From assembly GCA_016906335.1 (NCBI GenBank), contig JADEYG010000001.1:310001-374000 (forward strand): a stretch of 64,000 bases of DNA, read 5' to 3'. The notes under the pieces were generated by a model. The model was not told the DNA's origin. It saw only the letters and a program-made list of their open reading frames with translations, and made no database searches. Each line of letters opens with the position of its first letter. Within the stretch, counting starts at the first letter, position 1. This document shows, piece by piece, positions 35,561 through 47,357 of the stretch. This DNA comes from Novakomyces olei. Taxonomy: Eukaryota. Made by a program: the position numbers and the translations under genes.

Positions 35561-36413
35561 TAACCCTAACCTAGAAGGTGTGACATGATTCAATATCATT
35601 AAGTTTGACTAAACTTTGTTTTCCCTATGGCGGTTATAACGCGGAATGATACTCACTATTATAACTCAATGTATTAAAATAGATAATAAAAAGAATAGAA
35701 AAGCTAGGTCCTAAAATATGGGAAACCGTGTTCTTTTATAAACACCCATATTAATCTGTTGTCCGAAATATCGAAATGGCGTGATAAAGTATGTGTCAGC
35801 CTCCGTCGTAGTGTGATTAATTAATAATCATATGCTACATGTAATCAAATCTTGTGTGCAATATTTTGGTATCCAATTACTAGGTTTTGTATTTTCCGCG
35901 TATCCTCGTCAAAGCCATCGTGAGATCTGGCATTCCTACCTTATTGCACCTTTACGACTTATTAAAAGTAAAGCCCCCATAACAATGACAGTTCCCCGCA
36001 ATTTGTTTTGGTAGCGCAGACAGTATACTATAGTATGTAAAATAAGTAAGTTCCGTGAACCCGAGTCGTACAAGATTGCCACAATTGTTCTGTATTCGGC
36101 GATAAACCGTTCAGCGTCTCCTCCCCACAATTTTTGAGGAGCCATGAGTTTGGCTGTTACCGCTTCGATCACTTGATTTTTCTTTTTTTCAAATTCCGAA
36201 TCTAGAGTTTTCAATAATTCTCTAGGTGATTTAATTCCGTCAATGCAGGGGTTCAAGCAATCATCCGCATATTGCTCCAATTATTTCGGCAGTGATTGTT
36301 AGCACTATAGTTCTAGGAAAACTAGATTCTTGTTCGGGTCCAATAATGAGGAGAACCTATGTAGTTCCAATGTTATGTTGCTACCCAGCACGCTTGCTTA
36401 AATACATGTGGAA

Positions 36414-36702
36414 TGTTATAAAGCGGGCGGAATTGGACTCACTGTTATAACTTTTGTAAATTAAAATAAGAAATAAAAATAGAAAAACTATGTCCTAAAC
36501 TATGGGAAACCGTGTCCTTTTATAGACTCTTTATTGGATTAGTAATCTATTGTCCGAAAGTCCAAAATGGCATGATAAATTATAAGTCAGCTTATATTAA
36601 TTATTTATCAAATGCCAAAGTTAACCGAGTTTTGGACTAATTCGTACAATTTAAAGTAATTTAATATATTTCTAATTAGATTTACTATCTACACTCTTAG
36701 CA
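36414..36702. mobile_element. Solo LTR, family M
   Basis: Similar to 40683-40957 and ~35630-35830; near-TSD TGGAA/TAGAA. Confidence 0.7.
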
Positions 36703-37710
36703 TAGAACTCTTAAATGCGCGTAGTAACGAAAGCTTTTATTACTATAAGGCTCTGCCAGTCGTACGCGGCTGGCTACAGCAGGGAACTCCAGATGGAAAT
36801 TATTTCTTCCAACAAAGTTGATTAACCGTAAAGCTAAAAGAGAGAAGCCCCTTTATATCCTTTACGGACTACGTACTAACTAATGTCACTAACTATAAAA
36901 TAACTCAAGGACTATCTCAAGCAGGGTTTAAAAAGGCTAAGCCTCAACATGTAAGCTAAACTACTTTACTCGGTGCAAGTTCTTTGCAAGTTGCACTGTA
37001 CTAGCACCATGTCAGATGCGAACCATGAAATAAGGGGTCTTTTACCCAAGCCAAGCATCCAAATGGTTTTTCATAAATTAAACGATTGTCGCGATTAAAC
37101 CACATTTGATAAGGAGTTTTATCGTAGCCTTTGATTGGCTGTTGATTTCTCAAAACTATGGCGTGCTCGAATGCGTCCTCCCAAAATGTATCCGTTAGTT
37201 TAGAATCAATTAATATGCATCTTGCGATTTCTTGGATCGTACGATTAAGACGCTCAGCCACTCTATTTTGTTCTTGATTGTATGGTACTGAGGTTTCGTG
37301 CCGAATTCCCTTTTCTATAAAATAATTATTTAATTTTGTATTAACAAATTCTCGTCCATTATCAGACCGTAGTCTTTTAATTGTGATTTTCTTTTGGTTT
37401 TCAATATAGGAAATAATATTTATCAGCGCTTTAGCTGTATCTCCTTCAGTTTTCAAGATAATCCAAAACACAATTTTTTCGACCACCCATAGCGAGTAGA
37501 ATCCGTTTGTTTCCATTTCTTGACGAAGGAAAGGTCCCATAACGTCAGTATGAAGTAGGTCACATGGTTCTCGTTTTGTTTTACTATTCTCTGGAAATGG
37601 ATTTCTTGTAATTTTTCCTTTTGCACATACTTCACAATTTTTAATTTCTCCTGCACTGGCTTCAGATATTGGTTCAATTTGTGTTCTCTTAGACATTTCA
37701 ATCATCTTGG

Positions 37711-38404
37711 TGTAATGGCCCTTAGAGGGGAGCACCGCGGTGTAAACTCGCGTGTCGCTACAGGCGAACACGGACCGTCCTTTGCGAGACCGCTCGACAA
37801 AAGAAGTTCAATCGGGTACCGCGCAAAGCGAGTACCGAGAAACGGGAACGTAGACTTGCGCCCGGCGCAAGAACTAAGGAAAAGGAAAGGGATGTTGTCC
37901 TTGAAAAGGCGACGGCGCTTCTCTAAAGCTTACCTGCTACAAGGCTATGTAGCAACTTTGCGATTATAAGCCCGTGGAGAAAGTTCTCTCCATGGGCGAC
38001 TATGTAGACTATCCTATGAGGCTTAGCGGCTCGCTTAGCCACTTCGCGGTCTAAGCCTCATCCCACCACGATCTCAATGCGATGGTCCCAGACCATCCGC
38101 ATTGGGAAAGCGGTGGCGAGCTATGTACTCTATGGATCGACCTATCTAGCCTCGTAGCGATGCGCGATCGCTACTACTACTGGCATGCGCCGCGACGTGC
38201 CTACGTCGCGCGGGCATGGACGTGGACCTGCTTCGCGCGAGCCAGGTCCAACCTGCTCGCGAGCTAGGCCACTAACGCGCTTCGCGCGAGTAATGTCCAA
38301 CATTACCTCGCGCGAGCTATTCAAAGCTACCTAGCCTGAAGTCATCGCCCTTGGCGCTGCACGTCGTTCGCTGTCGTGGTTCGCGCGAGGCGGGGATCAT
38401 GACA
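37711..38404 (-). mobile_element. Solo LTR, family B (diverged)
   Basis: Matches the family B LTR; TSD CTTGG; splits the Copia HHCC region. Confidence 0.92.
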
Positions 38405-38949
38405 CTTGGTCAGTAAGGCATGCCCTTGACTTCTGTGAATATCGTAGCCATTATTTTTTGATAAATTAAAAACAAAAGTAGCCTTAAGCAATTCAGAAAT
38501 ATAAATTTCGCCATTTGATAAGCGCGTAATTCCCGTCAAGAATTTTCCTTTTTGTTTTGTTTTAAGATTTTAAAAATCAACTTTTAGATTATTATCCAGT
38601 AGAAGACCAAGAGAAATCAGATTGCAAGGTGCACTCTCAACGTAGCAGACATTATAGATTGTTGCCTCTTTACCATTAAGAATTATCTCAATGTCACCTT
38701 GTGTGTCCGCTGTAATACTTTGTCCATTGGCTATCTTTAATGATTTTTTAATTGATTTTGTATTAACAAGCCAATCCAGACGATTTGTAATATGTACGCC
38801 AGCTCCAGAGTCAATAATAAATGTAGCGCTATCACTTTCAGTAGGCTCAGCTTCATTTGTTGCAAAGTCATTGGTTAAATCTCACCATTAATGCTATTTT
38901 CTCAGAATCGGTTTTTGTATTTTTCTTCTTTAAGAACCAGCATTGTTTG

Positions 38950-39347
38950 TGTGAGAAACTGAGAGGGCGCCGAAGTTCAAAAAACCTTTGGCGGAGCCTA
39001 TCTTGCCTCTACAGGTACTATTTGCTTCGAGGCGGAGGTAGCCGCAGCAAAAGGAAGGGAGATGTATTGAAATGATGATTTAATTGTTTGCAGTTAACCC
39101 GTGAAAAAAAATTTCTTTCCGGGCGCGGAACTATTTATTAAACTTTGGCGTGACTGTCGCGAGGCTGGAGAAGACCAGCCACGCAATGGCTGGATTGCCT
39201 AGTTGGGCATAGCCCTACTTCGTGCGGAAGCTGTATCTTCCGCACGGAACTATGGGAAGGACTATGAAAGATCCTATGAGCATCTATGAAAAGAACCGTT
39301 AAAATTCCAAAATAGAACTTCGCGAATGAACTTCGCGGTTCATTACA
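38950..39347 (-). mobile_element. Solo LTR, family H
   Basis: TG...CA ends; TSD GTTTG. Confidence 0.88.
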
Positions 39348-40149
39348 GTTTGACAGAATGACCAGGCTTCTTGAAATAAAAGCATTTGTGTTAGGCCATA
39401 GTGTAGATAGTAAAATTAAAATTAAAAATGACATAATTAAATTAAATTAATTCACTCCAAATACGGAATCTAACCGATTTGGAGGAACATTTAATTACTA
39501 ATCATTAAATCAAGCCACTGATCGGGTATCTGTATCTTATCAATGATAAGGTGATTACTAATTGATCGGTTACTTCTGATCCTATCTGATTACTAATTGA
39601 TAGGAAAGTCTTAATCCTATCTCTTGGCAAATTACGAAGATAAGAGCTGAGCCTTGACGTCTATAAAAGGACAAGGTTTTCCATAGTTTAAGGGTAGATT
39701 TAATTAATCTAAAAGTTATAACAGTGAGTAATTTCCACAGTTATAACAATTTGACCCTTTTTATTATTATTTCCAGCATAATTGACTACTTCAGAAATTT
39801 CATCCCCTTCAGAGCCCTTGCTGAGAGTGGTTGCTCTGTCGATCATTTGAATTCGAACAGTTTGGAGATCCACATTTGGAATACCAACCAGATCTTTTAT
39901 TCCTTGGTATTCTTGTGGTAGGCCGTTGACATATTTTAGCATTTTATCTTCCTCGTTCATTATGGCGCCAGCCGATATCGCCTCCGTTTCGAGCTCGTCG
40001 ACTTTATTCATGCATGAATAAATATCTTTAAAGTTTTCAAGTTTCAAAGAATCCAAATTTCTCATTACTTCTCGTAGGTGAGTCTTCGAATTCTTCCCAT
40101 AGAGCTGTTTGAGGAAATCCAGAACTTCAGTGCCAGTATCGTGGCTTCT

Positions 40150-40594
40150 TGTAATGAATCTTTTAGGGTTAGTTAGGGTTAGGGTCATAGATATAGTTTA
40201 GGGTCATGGTTAGGGTTTACCTAACCAAGGATCCCTTCCTAGGATCCCTTCCTAGGATCCCCTCTTTATTACTTACCTTTTTCTCCTCTTTTATTTCGTC
40301 TATACACTTCCGCGCGTTTATTTACTTTGCGCTATTCATTTGTTTACTTCTTTCCGTTTCCGGCGCAGCCCCTTCCAAACGTGCTGCGCCTTCCGCCTCC
40401 GTCCGTAGTTTATAAATAGCGCCGTGGTGAGCCCAGCTCCCCACGGGTTAATCTATTCATTCTCTATATATTTTTCTATTCATTTTCTAATTTCTATTTA
40501 CTTTTCTCTATATATTTTCATATGTATTTTCTCTATTTTCAGACGCCTACGTTCCGCTCCACCTTTCTATCTTCCTTTCCCCCCCTTCCTCACA
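40150..40594 (+). mobile_element. Solo LTR, family F (TTAGGG-containing)
   Basis: TGTAATG...CCTCACA; TSD CTTCT; interrupts Copia gag. Confidence 0.9.
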
Positions 40595-40682
40595 CTTCTG
40601 AAGCTAAAGATCAACTCGGGGGTAACTGATGATGCAATCATTCTTAACAATTGTTTTTCTTTTCTTTTATATTCAAGTTGAG

Positions 40683-40957
40683 TGTGAGGATAACTCACTG
40701 TTGTAACTAATAAATTAAAAAGATAGAAAAACTATGTATCTAAACTATGGGAAACCGTGTCCTTTTATAGACTCCTGTAATGGATTAATAATCCATTGTC
40801 CGAAAGCCCAAAATGGCGTGATTAATTATGAGTCAGCTTCCGCTATGGCGTGATTAATTATTAATCAAATGCCGAGGTTTTAGATTTAATCCGTACACGT
40901 TTAGGACCCTTTAAGTAATTCGATGTTTAATTATTTTTATTATCTACACTCCTAACA
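40683..40957. mobile_element. Solo LTR, family M
   Basis: TGTGAGG...CCTAACA; TSD TTGAG. Confidence 0.82.
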
Positions 40958-42646
40958 TTGAGATTTTGCAAAATTGTTTTCTTTGAGCTGCAAAATCGAC
41001 ACATCATTTAGCTTGTTAGGTGGTGACTCAATACAAAGCAATTTAAAGTCCGCCAAGATTACACGTTGGCCTTGACAGGGAGTAGCAAAGGATAGGCAGA
41101 TAGAAGAACTAATCTCAAAACACTTATATTAAGCGGAACCTTGGTTTTTGTAACGTTCCGAACCCAGTAGAAGGATATCCCCTTCTTGTACTTGAGCTCT
41201 GCTCGTTACTTGCCGAAGATCCCATTCTACGAAACTACTAAAGTAACTAGCTTATTGCAGAAGTGCTATAGTCAGCGCTCTAAGCGCTACTCTAAGCAAC
41301 TTCCTACAATACTACTAACTAAACTAGCTAAACTAAACTAAACTACGAAGTTGCTTACTCAAGTGCTCCCAGCACCTTTCTAAGCAACCCCTGACACAGC
41401 TCTTTCGATCTCCTATGTATTTCGAAAATACTTTTCCATGCTCTATAGTTATAGGATTGATGTCATGATCCTCGCCTTGGCGAGTCCCTGACAGCCGCGT
41501 TGGGAAGCGAGGGGCGACGCCTGTAGTTGGAGTTGGGTTGTCCGCGCGTCGCAAGCTTCGCCAACGCGGCCCAAGACCAGTCGGCGCGTAACGCGATGGT
41601 CTTGGGATGTAGAAGTTGTCTTAGTGCGCATGTAGGTACGCGCACTAAGCCAGCTTGGCCCACGAGAGCGAGGGGCTCCATGCACAATGTGCACGGACCT
41701 CGCTTCCCGTTCTCATTCTCGCACGCTAGCGAGTGCGACCCTTCGCACTCCGCTTGTAAGACGGTCCTTACAGCTACAATCGCTGGAGGCCGGCCGTGTA
41801 TAGTTTAAATAAAGTAAAGGAATAAGAAAGACCAGGAAAGCAGAAAGCGATTACTGTAAAGCTTACCAGGAGTAATATAATATATTACTCCCACTTTGAG
41901 ATAATCAACCCGTGAAGGGCGAGAGGCCTTCACGGGCAACTATAAACTAAACTAAGTTGCGGAGGAGCGGATGCTCCTTCGCATTCTAAACTACTCTTCC
42001 CAAGCTAACTTATGCGAAGGTCGCACAAGTTAGAGAGGGAAGCTCTCAGCCTAAACTAATCTATGAAATAACTATGAATGTTCTCGCGCTAGCGGAGTGC
42101 GAAGGGTCGCACTCGCTAGCGTGCGAGAATGAGAACGGGAAGCGAGGTCCGTGCACATTGTGCATGGAGCCCCTCGCTCCCGTGGGCCAAGCTGGCTTAG
42201 TGCGCGTACCTACATGCGCACTAAGACAACTTCTACGTCCCAAGACCATCGCATTACGCGCCGACTGGTCTTGGGCCGCGTTGGCGAAGCTTGCGACGCG
42301 CGGACATCCCAAGTCCGACTACAGGCGTCGCCCCTCGCTTCCCAACGCGGTTGTCAGGGACTCGCCAAGGCGAGGATCATGACAGTATCCCCCCCTCCCT
42401 TGGGCGAGGTCCCCGCGCCCGCAAAACATAAAATATTCCATAAAAATAGAAAGGCGAACAAAATAAACGCTAATTTCAATTGCCGCGTGTCACAATAATA
42501 TTTTCTCCTCAGTAAACGCGTAAATAAACATATAGAATAGCATGGGAAATAAAAGGGGTGTTCGCGTTTTGTTGCAGAGGGGTAAAGAGGCAAAACGCGA
42601 AGATAAATAGTATCCAGTCGCGTTCGCAAAGACAGTTCTGAACGCG

Positions 42647-43078
42647 ATGTCGCTTGCACGTGTGACTGTGTCCGAGAAGCCGTGCGGCTATTGTGTTTCG
42701 CAGGGGAGGCGCTGTGAGTTCTTCATGACAGCCATCCCTCGCGTCCGTCGCTGCTTAGCGTGTGCGGCGCGTAAAACCAAGTGCGAGGGCGCGATGTTTA
42801 TGTCGCCGACCCTGTTGAATTCGCGCATACGCGGGTCGATCGTCGAGCGCGAGTATCGTAAGTATGATAACGCTCGTAAGGCAAAGTTGGCCTCCACTGT
42901 TCCTCGCGTTGCGACGCCCGTTGTAGAAGTCGCCCAATGCGCGGCAACCGATTCGTCTGAGGGCCTCGGGGTTGCTGTTGAAAGAGCATTGGCCGCTAAA
43001 GATCGCGAAATCGATTCGCTCCGTCAGCAGGTCCTAGAGCTGAAAGCGGAAATTTCGGCTTTGCGCGGCTTGGAATGA
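42647..43078 (+). CDS. Antisense accessory ORF of element C: Zn(II)2Cys6-like cluster + C-terminal coiled coil
   Basis: C-x2-C-x6-C-x12-C-x2-C-x6-C (CGYCVSQGRRC...CLACAARKTKC); heptad-like KDREIDSLRQQVLELKAEISALR; homologous to 51113-51568. Confidence 0.8.
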   Translation: MSLARVTVSEKPCGYCVSQGRRCEFFMTAIPRVRRCLACAARKTKCEGAMFMSPTLLNSRIRGSIVEREYRKYDNARKAKLASTVPRVATPVVEVAQCAATDSSEGLGVAVERALAAKDREIDSLRQQVLELKAEISALRGLE

Positions 43079-43290
43079 GCGCCAAAATTCTTCAAATATG
43101 CGATACATCTTGTTTTGATTTTAATAATTTTTAATACATTTTCAAAAAAAAATTTCCAAATAGCGATAAATAACTAGTGCGAATTGTGTATTATATCGCA
43201 GTCGTAAACAAAAATCAAGAGTTGAGTCTCGCGATTGCGTAAGATTACGTGAGTTGAATGACGTAACCTGTATCGCGATTAACGTAAACA

Positions 43291-45533
43291 TCATAGCTTC
43301 GGCTTAGCCGGGTGTAATCTGTGAAATTCTTTCACTAAATCGTCGCAATTTGTCAAATTGCCTGCCGGCTCCCAAGTGCGATTAGCACTATCGTATCCCT
43401 TCCAATGTACAAAATATTCCAATTTATTTCTTCGCTTCCTGGAGTCCAACACTTTCTCTACCTCCCACTCTGGTGTATTCTCAATTATTATTGGTGGTGG
43501 TGGTGCTGTCTGCTGTCGCACAATCGTAGACGTAGACTTGTACGATTCCAATAAAGAAGCATGGAATACAGGATGTATTTTCATCGTGTTCGGTAAATCC
43601 AACTTGTATGCACGTAAACCGATACGTTCCAAGATTGTAAAAGGTCCAATTTTCTTGTAATCCAACTTGTCGCTTGGCCTAGTGGTACTGATGTTCTTTC
43701 TCACTAGCCATACTTTTTGGCCGACTTCAAAATCCTTGTCGACACGGTGCGTATTAGCAAACCGTGCTTGATCGCTAATGGCGTGCTTGATCTCAATCTG
43801 TAAAAGGCGATGTAGTGTCCTCAAAAAATCAATCCGATTGTCCGCCGATGGGCATTGCCGTGCTGTTGCTATCGTAAAACGGCATTTGGGGTGATACCCA
43901 TACAAAGCATAACTAGGTGTCGCTTTTGTCGATGATTGCTCAGTATTGTTATATGCGAACTGTGCAAAAGGTAGCAAGTTTACCCAATTCGTTTGTTGGT
44001 AATTGCTGTAAATTCTCAAATATTGTTCGAGGCTCTGATTAAGCCTTTCCGTTTGTCCATCGCTCTGGGGATGGTACGCAGTTGATAACCTTTGCTTGAT
44101 ATCACAATGTGCGAGTAAATGCTTCGTAAAATGTGATACGAAAACTGATCCACGATCTGAGATAATTTCTTCTGGCAGTCCAAAGTTAGCAAATACTCTG
44201 TGAGCGTATAGCAATGCTAGTTCTTTCGCGCTCATGGTCTCGCATATTGGTACAAAGATGCCTATCTTCGTAAAGCGACATACTATAACCCAAATTGAGT
44301 CGTAGTCTTTGCCTGTGATGACATCTCTTGACACCGGGAGCTTCACAATGAAGTCCATAGCAATGCTTTCCCAAGGCTTTGTAGGTACTCGCAACGAATG
44401 TAATAGACCGTAGGGAGCATGATGCGATGATTTACTTCGTGCGCAAGTGTCGCATGACTCCACATAGTTAAATACGTCCTTTCGCATCCTTGGCCAGTAA
44501 TAGTTCCTTGTCACAAGCTCTAGCGTCTTAGCCTGTCCGGGGTGACCTGAAGTCTGCGAATCATGACATTCTTGCATGATTGATAATCGCAAATCGTTGT
44601 CTCTGGGTATGTAAATCAAACCCGAGAACATTAAAAGACCTTCCTTGTCCATTGTATAATTCTCCAAATGAGCAGCATCGGGCTTGCTCTTTAACTCCTC
44701 AATGATATTCTTGCAAATGCTGTCCTTCTCGTAGCATTTCTTAACATCCTGTGCTAGCGTTTTGTTGTCCTCAATCGCAAACACAAATTGCGATTTGTCC
44801 AAAAGCACCATTGTTCGTTCTGGCTTTTCCTCCTCTTCGCTGCTAACGTAATCGCTTCTTCGCGATAAGGAGTCAGCCTTGTGGTTAAACTTTCCCGCAC
44901 GATACACGATCACAAAATCGTAAGACGCAAGTAACTGCGACCAGCGCATTTGCCGTCTATTCAGGACACGCGCGGTCCAAAAGTACACAAGATTGCGATG
45001 ATCCGTGTATATCGTGGTTTTGTGAAGGGGACTCTCCAAGTATACCCTCCATTCCCGAAGACATACAACAATAGCTAATAGCTCCTTGTCGTGAATGTCG
45101 TAGTTCGTCTCTGCGCTTGTCATCTTGCGCGAGTAAAATGCGATTGGTCTCATGTCGCCGTTTTCATCCTTTTGCGAAAGGATCCCGCCTATCGCAAAAT
45201 CTGAGGCGTCCGTTTCCAAGAAGCTCGGCTTTTGTGGATCGAAGTGCACAAGAATAGGTGCGCCTAAGAATGCATCCTTCAACGCATTGAATGACTCCCT
45301 GCATTCGTCGCTAAACACGAACTTTGTATCCTTCTTTAAAAGCCGGGTAAGAGGTGCCGTAATCTTGCTGTAGTTGGCGATGAATCTTCGGTAATAGTTC
45401 GCCAGTCCCAGGAACGACATAACCTCCTTAACATTCTTTGGCTCGGGCCATGTTTCAATCGATTTGACCTTCGTATTTTCCATCGACAGACCTTTCGTTG
45501 AAATCACGAAGCCAAGAAACTCCGTTGTGTCGG
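43291..45533 (-). CDS. pol: Pol of element C, 3' part (RT end, RNase H, integrase, chromodomain)
   Basis: ETDASD, HHCC, MDFI / SDRG / SDGQTERLN, GPF, EWEVEKVLDSR...WKGY...TWEP; frame is continuous with 52438-53748 once element B and one TSD copy are removed (CEFHTD|TTEFLG). Confidence 0.93.
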
Positions 45534-46409
45534 TGTCATGATCCCCGCCTCGCGTGAACCACGACAGCGAACGACGCCTGAAGTCCTGTAGCGCCAAAGG
45601 CGATGACTTCAGGCTAGATAGATCTAAATAGCTCGCGCGAGGTAATGTTGGACATTACTCGCGCGAAGCGCGTAAGTGGCCTAGCTCGCGAGCAGGTTGG
45701 ACCTGGCTCGCGCGAAGCAGGTCCACGTCCATGCCCGCGCGACGTAGGCACGTCGCGGCGCATGACAGTAGTAGTAGCGATCGCGCATCGCTACGAAGCT
45801 AGATAGATCGATCCATAGAGTTCATAGCTCGCCACCGCTTTCCCAATGCGGATGGTCTGGGACCATCGCATTGAGATCGTGGTGGGATGAGGCTTAGGCC
45901 GCGAAGTGGCTAAGCGAGCCGCTAAGCCTCATAGGATAGTCTACATAGTCGCCCATGGAGAGAACTCTCTCCACGGGCTTATAATCTCAAAGTTGCTACA
46001 TAACCTTGTAGCAGGTAAGCTTTAGAGAAGCGCCGTCGCCTTTTCAAGGACAACGTCCTTTTCCTTTTCCTTAGTTCTTGCGCCGGGCGCAAGTCTACGT
46101 TCCCGTTTCTCGGTACTCGCTTCGCGCGGTACCCGATTGAACTTCCTTTGTCGAGCGGTCTCGCAAAGGACAGTCCGTGTTCGCCTGTAGCGACACGCGA
46201 GTTTACACCGCGGTGCTCCCCTCTAAGGGCCACCTTACACTATTATAAGCCCGTGAGCTCGTCTAAGCTACAGATTTACACGGCGTTGAAAGGTGTCACG
46301 CACGGAGGCGTACACAAATTTCGATTTACAAGTTTTATTTCGCACTAAGTTGTTGCGACGAAGGGTGCTTTGCTACGGTTTAGCAGCACAAACGAATTAT
46401 TGAATTACG

Positions 46410-47357
46410 ATGAGTCAAGAGGACTTGAACGCGTTTCTGCAGACGCTGCAGGCGCAGATCGCGTCGCTCCAAGAGGAGCGCGTTAAGGACAAATCGGTTA
46501 TTGAAGGCCTTCGCCAGGAAATGGGATCCCGGGGATCTCGACGATCAGGAGTCAGCGAAGGGCCAAGCATTTCGAAGCCGGATACATTCAGAGGTGATCG
46601 CAGATCGGTGGATACTTTCCTTGCACAGGTTCGCTTATACGTGAGACTCAAGCCACATGAGTTTCGCAACGACGAAGCGAAGGTCCTGTTTGCGGTATCT
46701 TATCTGCGCGGTGCCGCTTTTGCGTGGTTTGAACCCCACTTGCGCGACCACGATGAAAGCCTAATTACCAGTGACTTTGCCCTGTTTTGCGACGAGCTCT
46801 CCACGACATTTGGGAGCGTCGACCGCATTAGTCAGGCTGAGCGGGAGCTAGCATTGCTCAAACAGCGAGGATCTGTTGCTGAGTATACTTCGCGTTTTCA
46901 GCAGATCACTTCGCACTTGGATTTTAGCGATCACAGTTTACGCTACGAATATTATCAAGGATTGAAAGATCGAATTAAGGACGAATTATCTCGGTTGGAA
47001 AAATCGCGTACATTGTCAGACTTAATTGAGAAGTCTGTACGCGTGGACGAAAGGTTGTCGGATCGTTACTACGAAAGCGCTAGCCGTACGAACGCCAAGG
47101 GCGCTTCAGGCTATAGGGGCGCGACGATCGCGAACAAAGGATACACTCCCATGGAGGTAGATGCTACCAGTTACGAAAAGAAGAGCATTACCAGCGACGA
47201 ACGCCAGCGTCGAAAGAAAGAGAACAGATGTTTTACGTGCGGACGCGAAGGTCATCGCGCACGTGATTGCAAACAGAAGCAACGCAATTATGAGCAACGC
47301 ATCTCGGTGGTTATGGACAGTATCACGGAACCGGGAAAAGCGAGAGCCCAGGTCTAA
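46410..47357 (+). CDS. gag: Gag of element B
   Basis: [53 protein letters not shown] at 47333-47339. Confidence 0.93.
   Translation: MSQEDLNAFLQTLQAQIASLQEERVKDKSVIEGLRQEMGSRGSRRSGVSEGPSISKPDTFRGDRRSVDTFLAQVRLYVRLKPHEFRNDEAKVLFAVSYLRGAAFAWFEPHLRDHDESLITSDFALFCDELSTTFGSVDRISQAERELALLKQRGSVAEYTSRFQQITSHLDFSDHSLRYEYYQGLKDRIKDELSRLEKSRTLSDLIEKSVRVDERLSDRYYESASRTNAKGASGYRGATIANKGYTPMEVDATSYEKKSITSDERQRRKKENRCFTCGREGHRARDCKQKQRNYEQRISVVMDSITEPGKARAQV

Larger units (their letters stand above)
37030..40680 (-). pseudogene. Fragmented Ty1/Copia gag-protease-integrase, riddled with solo LTRs
   Basis: Gag/UBN2-like LKYVNGLPQEY (39709-40149); protease FIIDSGAGVH (~38800); HRSQGH...CEVC; integrase HTDVMGP, RLRSDNGREF, EQNRVAERLNRTI. 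Domain order PR-IN is Copia-type. Confidence 0.85.

Noticed and set aside
42061-42498. Overlapping 80-115 aa ORFs repeated at 41.4-41.8 kb and 55.3-55.7 kb
   Set aside because: GC-rich LTR C sequence open in several frames; no coding signature.
43291-45597. 768-aa stand-alone pol ORF starting MALQDFRRR, and the 546-aa ORF 52177-53817 ending VATLRL
   Set aside because: Both are chimeras of the split element C pol with read-through into element B LTRs.
45979-46233. Recurrent 84-96 aa basic ORF (ALRGEHRG...KRRRRF) also at 29431, 31032, 37679 and 52177
   Set aside because: Recurs only because it lies in LTR B; antisense, mostly non-ATG starts at the LTR edge, no recognisable domain.
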